From: Azolla caroliniana
Lineage: Eukaryota; Plantae; Polypodiophyta
Direction: 5' to 3'
Length of the DNA: 64,000 bases
NCBI GenBank assembly: GCA_043228905.1
Contig: JBHGNT010000007.1
Location: 8,122,001 to 8,186,000 of the forward strand
Shown here: in pieces, positions 10,301 through 21,440 of the stretch
Numbering within the stretch: the first letter of the stretch is position 1
Layout of the letters: each line of letters starts with the position of its first letter
Translations under genes and position numbers: made by a program
Notes under the pieces: generated by a model
Told to the model about the DNA's origin: nothing
The model's input: only the letters and a program-made list of their open reading frames with translations
Databases searched by the model: none

Positions 10301-13300
10301 AGTGGTATCAGAGCGAAATCGACACAGAAAATGGACGAATCATTTGACGGCATGTTCAAGCTCACCGGCTCCAACTATTCAGTATGGAAGTAGAAGATGA
10401 GGGACATGCTCATTGTTAAAGACCTCTGGCTGCCGGTTCAGTTCGGGGACAAGAGACCGGATAAAATCGACGCCGTGATATGGGAGGTGATGCACATGAA
10501 GACAACGGCGTACATACGGTGCTTCATCGACATGAGCCTATACAACAACTTCAATGAAGAGAGCAAGGCTCATGAGCTCTAGGAGAAGATCGGCATTATG
10601 TTTCAGAACAAAAATGTTGTCAATCAGGTGTCGGTATTCCGGAAGCTAGTAAGACTCTGGTACCAAGATGGCTCCAGCATGGCGCAGCATATGAATGCCT
10701 TCCAGGGGCTGATACACCAGGCAACTTCATTGGAAGTACCTCGTCGGCAAGAGGTACTTGCGCTACTCCTGCTCGGTTCCCTCCTGGATAGCTGGGAGAC
10801 GTTGGTTGTCACTTTGGGCAACGCCGGGCCGGAAGGAAAACGGTTATCCCTAGCAAGAGTAAAGTCGAGCTTGCTAGATGAGGAGGCGCGTCGGAAAGAC
10901 AAAGATACGAGCTCCGACTCCAAAGCGCTTCTTACCGAATCGGAACGTGGAAGACATAGAAACCGTAGTCCCCAGAACCAGGAGAAGTCGGGGACACGGT
11001 CAAAGTCAAGGGGAAGGCCTACTTGCTTCTATTGCGGCAAGCCGGGACACTTCCAAAAGAACTGTCGGCATTTCCATAAAGACAAGGAAACCGACGGTAC
11101 CGATTCGAAGCAAACCTCAGACCGGAATGGTAAAGACCGAAAGGGGCCGGACCGGAAGGGAACGACGGCAATCGCGGCAAGCGAAGAAGAGTTGATGCTC
11201 ATCACCGAGGAGAGTGAAATAAACCTTGCCGGCGACGAGATGACCTAGGTGGTAGACTCCGGAGCGTCGTTCCACCTTACCCCGGACCGGAAATGCTTCT
11301 CATCCTATTCAACCGGTGATCACGGTTGTGTCCGGATGGGGAATGAAGGAACATGCCGAATTGTCAGCATAGGAGACGTGTGGCTGACAACACCAACCGG
11401 ATGCAAGTTGCTGCTGAAGGATGTCCGGCACGTTCCGAAAGTTTGTCTGAACCTGATATCAGCCGGTCGGCTAGATGATGAAGGCTACACGGGTAGCATC
11501 CGGAACGGTGTCATGAAGTTCAGCAAAGGGAGCCTGATTGTTGCTCGGGCCCGGAAGGTAAGCACATTGTACCTGATGAATGCTCGGTTATGTCCGGAAG
11601 AAGTGAACATGGCATCCGACACTCCCGGTGAGCTAATGCACAAGAGGTTGTGTCACATGAGCGAGAAGGGGAAGAAGAGGCTTGCAGACGACAACCTCAT
11701 TCCAGTGAAGAACGTGCACTTGGAGAAGTGCACTGATTGTCTGGCCGGTAAGCAGAACCGGACCTCCTTCCGACCAAGGCGACCGATGAGACATAATGCA
11801 CCACTGGAGTTGGTGCATACGGATGTGTGTCAAGTAGACACGAAGTCACATGCCGGAGCGCAGTACTTCGTGACGTTCATAGATGACCACAGCCGGAAGT
11901 TGTGGGCCACACCGTTGAAGACAAAGGATCAGGAGTTATCCGTCTTCAAAGAGCTCCACGCGAGAGTGGAAAGAGAAACCGGCCGGAAGCTGAAGGCGGT
12001 TCGAGCAGATAACGGAGGAGAGTACCGGGGGCAGTTCGAGGAGTACTGCCGCTCGAAGGGAATCTGGCTCGAATTTACCGTGCCGAAGACGCCGGAACTA
12101 AACGGACTGGCCGAGAGGATGAACTGGACCATAATGGAGAGGGGCCGGAGTATGCTAGCGCATGCAAAACTACCCAAGAAGTTTTGGGCTGAGGCATTGT
12201 CGACGGCGACATATGTGATAAATAGATCACCCTCAGTACCCTTGGACAGAGACACGCCATAGAGAGTATGGACCGGTAAGGAAGTATCCTACCGGCATCT
12301 GAAGGTGTTCGGGTGTCTCGCGTACGTGCATGTAGCTAAGGACCGGAGAGGAAAGTTAGATCCAAAGTCCCGGCCATGCATATTCCTCGGTTACAGTGAC
12401 GATGAGTTCAGCTACCGAGTGTGGGACCTGGTCGACAAGAAGGTATTCCGGAGTCGAGATATTATCTTCATGGAGGACAAGACGCTCGTTGACTGGGAGT
12501 CGGAGAAGAAGATAATGAACCCCGAGTCGACCGGTAAGGATCGACTCTACGATGAGCAGACCCAACTGGCAAGAGACCGGTTAGCACTCGAGGGACCAAC
12601 CGGTTACGATGAGGATACCGAACAGGCTGAAGGAGAAGTAGAGGAAGCTGAAACCGGAACCGGCCAAGACCCCGAATCGGATTCGGATGAAGAGCAAATG
12701 GAGGAGCCGGTTACTGAAGCCCGAAGACGGAGATATCCTCTCAGAGAGAGAAGGGCGCCCCGGAGATTTCCGGATGCAGAGCATGTTCTGCTAACCAATG
12801 AGGGGGAGCCGGAAAGCTTCGAAGAAGCGAAGGATGACACCCACAGCCGCAAATGGTTAAGTGCCATGCAGGATGAGATGGATTCCCTGCATGAGAACCA
12901 TATGTACGAATTGGTGGAGTTGCCGAAAGGAAAGCGGGTACTCCGAAACAAGTGGGTGTACAAGTTAAAACCGGGAGATGCCGGCAACCCCCCGAGATAC
13001 AAAGCCAGGATCGTGGTGAATGGGTTCCAGCAGAAAAAGGGCGTGGACTTTGACGAGATATTTTCCCCAGTAGTAAAGATGACCTCCATCCGGACGGTGC
13101 TGAGTATAGCGGCAAGCATGGGCCTCGAGGTAGAATAGCTGGACGTGAAGACGGCATTCCTTCACGGCAACCTTGAAGAGGAGATCTACATGCAGCAACC
13201 GAAAGGATTCGTGGAGAAAGGGAAGGAACACCTGGTTTGCCGATTGAAGAAGATCCTCTACGGGTTGAAGCAAGCCCCCCAGCAATGGTACCGGAAGTTC

Positions 13301-13506
13301 GACTCCTTCATGGCCGATCAAGGGTACCACAAGACGCAGGCCGATCACTGCATGTTTGTGAAGAAGTTCGGAGGCAACTTCCTGATACTCCTTCTGTACG
13401 TGGATGACATGTTGATCGTCGAACGGGACCAAGTCAAAATACGGATGTTGAAGAAGGCTCTCAACCGGACCTTCTCAATGAAAGACTTGGGTTCGGCAAG
13501 ACAGAT

Positions 13507-13834
13507 TGTTGAGCGGCAAGCTCAACCGGAGCCGGATCGGCCGAATAAGCCGGAGCCGGTAAGCGAGACAGATCGGGCGAAATAGATCGGTATGACGGTG
13601 AGCAACCGAACCGGCAAGCAGTGGAGGTCGGGTGCAATCCGTAACCGGCAGTCCAATCGGAAGCCTAGTATAGGATAGACTACTAGGTAGCTATAGTCTC
13701 GTAGTAAGTGTCAGATGCTCGTGTGAGCATTGAAGTACATGGTACTTCTGTCAGTCCCAAGAGGACTTGTATAAATAGTGCGACTTAGCACAGTGTGTAT
13801 ATAGAGTCTAGATATAATTTTGAAATTACGTTCT

Positions 13835-13879
<45 letters not shown>

Positions 13880-13919
13880 TGTTCTCTGTTTTACACTTCC
13901 GCAAACACTCACGTTTACA
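13507..13919 (+). repeat. 5' LTR of element B
   Basis: TGTTGAGCGG...GTTTACA, matches 19047-19455. Confidence 0.95.
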
Positions 13920-14013
13920 TGGTATCAGAGTGCGAGGGTTGAGAACCTCTGCTGCAGACATTTACTCTTGAGAAGAAAACCCTAACAGGTCGAAAACAGA
14001 CACAGTAGAAGAC

Positions 14014-17000
14014 ATGGATAGAGGCATGGCTACATCGCTCCCGGTGGAGAAGCTCGACAGGAGCAACTACGCATCCTGGTCTTACAAGATGCACCAGTAC
14101 CTGCTTGGACACGGGTACTGGAGTTATGTCGAAGGAGCGAATGATGCGGCACCCGACTCGGCACACAAGGACTTCCCGGTATGGGAACAGGCGGCAAGCA
14201 GGGTGATGTACTGCTTCGCGTCCAGTGTCGGCGATCAACTGCTCAGCCACATCCGTGATGCCAAGACACCAAAGGATGCTTAGGGGAACCTGAAAAAGGT
14301 TTTCGCCACAAGCACCACTGCCCGGAAGTTGCAACTCAGACAGGAGTTGAGCAATGTTCGACAGAAGAACATGTCCGTGGCAGACTACACGGGCCGGATA
14401 AAGGAGATCTACGACTCGCTCGCCTCTATCAATGTTACCGTAGAGGAAGATGAGATGGTGCAGGTATGTCTCGGAGGCCTAGCTTCCAAGTTCAGAGCAT
14501 TCCGGACTGCGGTGTGTACAAGGGAGAATACCCCCTCATTCTTCGACTTACAGTCGATGGTCCTTGTAGAGGAGAACCACGCCGGTGCATCTACCAGTGC
14601 ATCCCCGGACAGCCGAATGTTGTACACGGGAACGGATCGGTTCCGTGGGCGTGGTGGAAGAGGTGGGTCGGCACGCAATGGAGGCGGCCGGCAAGAGCAG
14701 GAACGGAGGCACTATGAGTGTGCCGACAACAGTTCCGGGACTTCCACAAGCAGGGGGAGTCAAGGCGGTGCCGGAGTCCCGCAAGACAAATCCGCTACGG
14801 AATGCTGGTACTGTGGCAAAAAAGGCCACAGGGAAAGCGAGTGTTGGAGAAAGCATGCCGATTCAGACAAATCCGGATCCGGCAAGACCGGTAAGGATGG
14901 CCGGCAAAACTCACACTACGCAAACGGATCAGGAGGATCCGGAACCGGAAAGGCCGGTAAGGGGCCAGCCTTGGTGATGAATCACAAGGCAAACTCAATG
15001 AAGAAGACCACTTCCAAAACGGAGGAAGTGTGGTATGTTGATTCCGACGCGTCGAACCACATGACGAGCCACAAAGAGTGGTTCTCCTTTCTGGAGAAAC
15101 CGGATCAACCAGGAGTAGTCGAAACCGGAGACGACACTCCTCACCCAATCGTGCACGTCGGAGAAGTCTCTCTAAGCCATGTCGTACATAAAGGGAAGCT
15201 GATGAACGTATTACACGTTCCGACAATCACGAAGAACCTGGTGTCCGTCGGTCAGATTGTCGACCAGGGGATGCAGGTGCGGTTTACGCACCTCGGGTGC
15301 TTCATTGAGGATGAGGGCGAAGTCATTGCGCAAGGGCGCAGAGACGGGAGGATGTTTATCCTCAACACCAATGACTTTGGCTCCACTCTGTTCGCGAAAC
15401 GACAAAAGGTTAAGTCGGACATCAACCTATGGCACAAGCGGATAGGCCACGTCAACTACCGGAGGCTTCAAGACCTGCAAACGAAACAAGTCGTTTTCGG
15501 TTTGCCGAAGTTCAGCGGCCGGAGAGCCGAAATTTGTGAAGCCTGCCAACTTGGGAAGCAACACCGGCTTCCATTCCCCACCGAACGGAACCGGAGCCAT
15601 AACAAGCTCGATCTCATCCATTCGGATGTGTGGGGACCGGCACAAAGTGTAAGCTTTGGCGGGAGCCGATACTTCATCTCCTTCATCGACGACTATACTC
15701 GACATACTTGGATCTACCTCATTGAGCGGAAGAGCGAAGTCTTCGACTGTTTCCAGAGCCTCCAGAAGATGGTGGAACGGGAATCGGAGAGGAAGATCAA
15801 ATGCCTTCGGTCGGATGGCGGAAAGGAGTATTTTTTCGGCCAATTCACCAGTTATATGTAGCAGAAGGGAATTCGGCGAGAGTTCAGCTGCAGATACACA
15901 CCGGAGCAAACGGTGTGGCCGAAAGGAAGAACCAGACACTCGTCGAAGCGGCAAGGGCAATGCTAGAGGAGAAGAGCATGCCCCGGTTCTACTGGGCGGA
16001 GACGGTCCGGACGGCCGTCTACATACAAAACCGCATTGGTGACAAGGTGTAAGCTCATGAGCTGTATTTCGGGCGCAAGCCGAACTTAAGACACCTTCGG
16101 ATATTCAGCAACATAGCGTATGTGCATGTGCCGGATCAGAAGCGGAGAAAGCTGGATGCAAAATCGGAAAAATGCATCCTAGTCGGCTATGCTCAAGAGC
16201 AAAAGGGGTATAAGTGTTATAACCCCCGGACGAAGGAAGTCCGAGTTAGCCGGGATGTCGAGTTCGATGAATCGGCATCTTGTTACTCCGTACCGACTCC
16301 GACTTCTGATCCCGACCCAATGACGGAAGATCAGGCCAGTGAGCCTGAATCAGCCCTGGCAGAGGATGATGAAGTCGGGACTCTAGATGAGAGTCCGGAA
16401 TCGTTACGGTTGAGTGGACCGAACGAGCGACTGAGTCGGTTGGACCAGTCGGATGAAGAGACGGCAAGTGGTGGAGACTCTGTCGTGCTCTCCCCGCGCA
16501 AGGAACCGAGGAAACGGTTCACACGCAAAGAGAAGGGGAAGAGGAAGATGCCGGAATTCGAAACCGGCAACGATGAGTCAGATCGATGCGTATCCGACTC
16601 CGGAAAGGAGAAAGGCGGATCTTCAGCAACGAAGACCGAACTGGCCAAGAAGGGCCTCAAATCAGGTGACAGTGCGTTGCGCCGATCAACCCGCCAGAAG
16701 GATCCCGTCATGCGGTACGGGTACAATGAATACATGGCGCATCATTATGCGTACATGACTAAGGTGACAGAAGTGCGTGAGCCGGAGAGCTACGCAGAAG
16801 CGGAAAAGGACGCAAATTGGCGTGCCGCTATGGACGAAGAAATGCGGGCACTCGATGCCAACGAAACTTGGGACCTAGTTGATCCTCCCCGTCACTGTAA
16901 ACCGATCGGATGCAAGTGGGTGTACAAGGTCAAGTACAACGCCGACGGTTCTGTTAACCGGTACAAAGCCCGGTTAGTGGCGAAGGGATACGCGCAGACC

Positions 17001-19052
17001 CACGGAATCGACTACGACGAGACCTTCGCTCCTGTGGCGAAGATGACGACGGTTCGTGTGGTACTGGCGGTTGCTGCGGCAAGGGGGTGGCATCTTCACC
17101 AGATGGATGTGAAGAATGCCTTCCTTCAAGGAGAGCTTGAAGAAGAAGTCTTTATGACTCAGCCCCCCGGATTTCAATCGGAGATGAACAAATCGGCGGT
17201 ATGCCGACTGAAGAAGTCACTTTACGGCTTGAAGCAAGCCCCCCGAGCTTGGAACGCGAAGATCACGCACCGGTTGCGTAAGCTGGGGTTTGTTGTCTCT
17301 AAGTCGGACTCTTCGTTGTTCATCCGGCAAGGCTCTGACGGTCCGGTATGTATACTCTTGTATGTGGATGATTTAGTCATCACCGGACCGGGTCTTCCGG
17401 AAATCAATCGCGTCAAGTCCCAGTTGTCGGACGCATTCGAAATGAAGGACCTAGGGGACCTTCATTATTTTCTTGGGATCGAAGTGATCCGGACCCCCGA
17501 CGGCATATTGCTCTCACAACGACATTACGTGTTGAATATGTTGTATAAGTTCGGCATGACGGATTGTCGACCTGTCTCCACACCCCTGGACTGGAACCAG
17601 AAGCTCCGTCCTAACTCCGGACCGACCTGCAATCAGAAACGGTTCCGACAGGTTGTCGGAAGCCTGATCTACTTAACCATCACCCGATCCGACATCAGCT
17701 ATCCGGTCGACATGGTAAGTCAGTTCATGCAGAAGCCGACCGTGGAGCACCTTCAATGCGCGCAACGAATATTACGGTATGTCAGCGGCACTAAGGACCG
17801 GGGTCTGCTATACCGGCGAGGTATACCCGAAGAGCTTGTCGGTTACACAGATGTTGATTGGGCCGGCGATGCGTCTGATCGCCGCTCCACTTCCGGATAC
17901 ATGTTCTCCATAGGTAGTGCGGTCGTTGCGTGGAGCAGCAAGAAGCAGCCCACAGTGGCTTTGTCAAGCACTGAGGCTGAGTACCAGGCCGCTACCGTTG
18001 CCACTTGTGAAGCCATTTGGCTTCGGCGACTGTTGTGAGACTTGCGGATCGAGGTACCGACCCCGATCCCGATTTACTGCGATAACATGAGCAGCCTGCA
18101 GCTCGCCAGGAACCCTGTGTTCCATGCTCGCACAAAGCACATCGAGGTGCACTACCACTTGGTGCGTGAGCGCCTGAGCGGTGAAGTTGACCTACGATAT
18201 GTTCATACAGATCGGCAAGTTGCCGACATCTTCACCAAGGTGCTCGGATCGGACAAGTTGCAGCACTTTATCTAGATCCTTGGTATTCAGCATCTCGACG
18301 TGCCGCACTTGAGGGGGAGAAGCAAGGGCAAAGTCTCTACCGAAACGGTCAAAGGCCAAAAAATCGTTGAACCCGTCGGAAAGAGGAGAGCCGGAAGAAG
18401 AGGAAACAAGAAGATGAAGGAAGCCGAGTCGACGAAGGAAGTCAACACATCCGAACAGGTCGGAGTAAGCGGCTGTGAAGAAGAGTTGTGCACTCAGGAG
18501 GAGAAGTGCATGTTGTGCGGAGGTCATCACGACGGTACTGACCATGATACAGAGTTGAATGACGAATTCGATTTCGGTTCACCGGTTGAAGAAGTCGAGG
18601 GAAGCATGGAGAAAGCCAAGACTCGGAAGTGGTCCGATGTGGTGAGAGGCCTGGAGCCGGAAGTCGAATCGGAGTGTACCGATTCGGACAAGAGCTTGAA
18701 CGAGTCGGAGACAGCTGACTCGGATCAACAGATGGATCCGGATGAGTCGGATCGACTAAAGGCCAAGGGGACACGGACACAGCAGAAGTCGATGCCATCG
18801 TGGGAGAACCGACGGATCGGCAAGCACCGGAGTCACAGCAACGTGAGTGCTAAGATGGGCCTATTGAGCAGACATGGCGACCGAGAGGGTCGAGGCGCGC
18901 AGAACCAAAGGGGTCGCGGCAAACGGGACCAGACCGGACGAGGAGCGCAAGCAAGGCGGAGTGACGCCAGGAGAAGTCGGTTGGAAGAACTGACTGCCAC
19001 AAAGGTCGACACTACGACCCCACCTCAGGTTGAGCTTGAGGGGGAGTGTTGA
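14014..19052 (+). pseudogene. Element B gag-pol plus an in-frame ~250-aa C-terminal extension
   Basis: Knuckle CWYCGKKGHRESEC, WYVDSDASNHM, IHSDVWGP, YKARLVAKG, LYVDDL, SSTEAEY, ADIFTK. Stops at 14281, 15859, 16050, 18036 and 18273, and a frameshift near 15910. ORFs at 16122, 18042 and 18300 share one frame. Confidence 0.9.
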
Positions 19053-19375
19053 GCGGCAAGCTCAACCGAAGCCGGATCGGCCGAATAAGCCGGAGCCGGT
19101 AAGCGAGACGGATCGGGCGAAACGGATCGGTATGACGGTGAGCAACCGAACCGGCAAGCAGTGGAGGCCGGGTGCAATTCGTAACCGGCAGTCCAATCGG
19201 AAGCCTAGTATAGGATAGACTACTAGGTAGCTATAGTCTCATAGTAAGTGTCAGATGCTCGTGTGAGCATTGAAGTACATGGTACTTCTATCAGTCCCAA
19301 GAGGACTTGTATAAATAGTGCTACTTAGCACAGTGTGTATATAGAGTCTTGATATAATTTTGAAATTACGTTCTG

Positions 19376-19413
<38 letters not shown>

Positions 19414-19455
19414 GTTGTTCTCTGTTTTACGCTTCCGCAAACACTCACGTTTACA
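19047..19455 (+). repeat. 3' LTR of element B
   Basis: Matches the 5' LTR, preceded by the PPT, followed by the TSD. Confidence 0.95.
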
Positions 19456-20338
19456 CAGATGTTGGGGATGCATATTATCCGGAACCGGTCAGTGAAGCAA
19501 TTATGGTTGTCACAGGAGAAGTACGTGACAAAGGTGCTTCACCGGTTCAACATGTCAGATGCGAAACCGGTCGGATCGACACTTTCGGCAAACTGCAAGC
19601 TATCTGGTAAGCAAAGCCCGAAGACGAAAGCAGAGAAGGCGGATATGATGAAGATTCCATATGCCTCTGCCGTCGGGAGCTTGATGTACGCAATGGTGTG
19701 TACCCGATCGGATATAGGATACGCAGTCGGAGTGGTGAGCCGGTTTATGAGCAATCCCGACAAGGAGCACTGGAACGCGGTCAAATGGATACTCCGGTAT
19801 TTGAAGGGCACTTCAAATATGTGTCTCTGATTCGGCTCCGGAAAACCTCAACTTGACGGTTTCACCAATTCGGACATGTCGGCTGATGTGGATACCAGCC
19901 GGTCTACATCCGGATATGTAATGACATATGCAGGGGAAGCTGTTTCGTGGCAGTCGAGGCTGTAGAAGACGGTTGCATTGTCAACCACGGAGGCGGAGTA
20001 CATGGCAATTGTGGAAGCCGGCAAGGAAATATTATGGATGAAGGACTTCATCGGAGAGCTCGGTATCCGGCAAGATGAATACCGACTCTATTGTGACAGT
20101 CAAAGTGCCATCCACCTTGCTAAGAATGCGGCCTACCATTCCTGGATGAAGCATATCCAGCGAAGGTATCACTGGATCCGGGAAAGAGAAGATGACCAGG
20201 AGTTCGCACTGACGAAGATCCACACGGCCAAGAACGGGTCAGATATGTTGACCAAAGTGTTGATACCCGACAAGCTGGATGCATGCCGGAAGAGGATCGG
20301 ACTAGTAAGACATCCCATGCCGGAGTGAAGGGGGAGTT

Positions 20339-20934
20339 TGTTGGGAGACAGGTCCCTCCAAATGGGAAGGGAGAAGAACAGTGCTGATGAACAAACTCGG
20401 ACGAGGCCGAAACCGGATGAGGAGTACCCGGCTACGGAGAGCCGGATGGTGCAGACCCGGTGAGGAGTGCTCACCGGATGAAGAGACATATTTGTAAATA
20501 TGTTTCTGAGAGTCCATCATGGCTATATTTGTAAATAGCCGAAAAGTCATATTAGTATAAATATGACTTAGGGCAAACTTTTAGTTGTTGTAGTTATTCT
20601 TGTTGGTGCAAGAAGAGAGAGAGCGTGTAACCGTGTACAGAGAGAGAGAGAGAGAGAACGAGGTCATTGCCTCTGTTTAAACTGCCGCATGTGGCGAAGA
20701 TCGTGAGCACGAGGTCATTGCCTCCGTGAACTCACTGTTTGTACATTCTAACATAGTGATAGTTTGCAACCTATGGGCTGCTGTGGTTTTTTCCCTAGTT
20801 TGGGGTTTTCCACGTAAACATCCTGTGTACCCTTCTCTTCTTTGTGTCGTGAATTTATTTCCCGTTTTCTGTGTATGATTCTAAGCTCGGTTGTGGCCGA
20901 GCGTTGCGTATAGAGAGCGTTTCAGTTCATGTCA
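20339..20934 (+). repeat. LTR3 (3' LTR; same variant as LTR1)
   Basis: Preceded by the PPT and followed by TSD TGATA. About 20-25 substitutions versus LTR1 by eye. Confidence 0.95.
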
Positions 20935-20939
20935 TGATA

Positions 20940-21008
20940 TGGCTCCAAAGGATTTGAACCCATGACCTTGTGTTACAAGGGTTGAACCCTTACCATTAAA
21001 CTATGCAT
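20940..21008 (-). other. tRNA-derived (SINE-head-like) Pol III promoter remnant
   Basis: Minus strand has A-box-like TAGTTTAATGG and B-box GGTTCAAATCC at tRNA-like spacing. No proper acceptor stem. Confidence 0.5.
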
Positions 21009-21361
21009 TGTAATATAAAAAATATTATTTTTATTTATTATTTCACTATAGGAAATTCATATATATTCCAGATTACTCTGGAACATTCTAGAAACTTTAG
21101 GAGTATTCCTGACAGTACTATAAATAGAGGCACATGGCATTATAAGGAACCAATTCAGTTCAATGCCAGTCTTAAGCCTCCTAATTGTTCTTGTATCTTT
21201 CTTCATATAATATAATATACTTCCTGTTGTCATCATTCTCTCTCTCTCCCTCTCTCTTCCCCTCTCGTGATTCTCACTGACTCTTTCCCTTCTTAGTACT
21301 AATCCTCATTCTTCTCCTCTATCTTTAGACTAATTCTTCGTGCCTCTAGTACTATCCCTCA
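21009..21361 (+). repeat. Putative 5' LTR of gypsy element D
   Basis: TGTAA...CCCTCA with TATAAATA at 21119. Followed by a PBS-position sequence (21366-21377) complementary to the predicted transcript 5' end. No partner LTR in the window. Confidence 0.65.
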
Positions 21362-21440
21362 TAGTTTGAACTGAATTTCTCATCTTCTTATCCCTCCTTC
21401 CCTTCATACTATTCCTCTTATCCTTCCTTCCTCCAATACT

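Larger units (their letters stand above)
13507..19455 (+). mobile_element. Ty1/copia element B nested in A2 RT
   Basis: LTRs 13507-13919 and 19047-19455 (TG...CA; about 12 substitutions by eye). TSD CAGAT at 13502-13506 and 19456-19460. PBS TGGTATCAGAG at 13920, PPT GAGGGGGAG at 19038-19046. Confidence 0.96.
10331..20328 (+). pseudogene. Copia A2 gag-pol (full domain set, several stops), split in RT by element B
   Basis: Gag knuckle, VVDSGASFH, integrase NGLAERMN, RT YKARIV / YGLKQAP / LYVDDML, RNase H STTEAEY / KHIQRRYHWIRE. Reads ARQ|MLGM across the B insertion. Confidence 0.93.
2868..20934 (+). mobile_element. Ty1/copia composite element A (Tnt1/Tork-like): three LTRs, two gag-pol copies, two nested insertions
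   Basis: Starts TG (2868) and ends CA (20934), with 5-bp TSD TGATA at 2863-2867 and 20935-20939. tRNA-iMet PBS TGGTATCAGAGC at 3502 and 10303. PPT GAAGGGGGAG just before 20339. Domain order gag-PR-INT-RT-RH. Confidence 0.95.

Noticed and set aside
18300-19052. env-like gene
   Set aside because: No signal peptide or transmembrane stretch; the peptide is highly charged and in frame with pol.
20940-21010. Functional tRNA gene
   Set aside because: A and B boxes are present, but the acceptor and anticodon stems do not form a cloverleaf.
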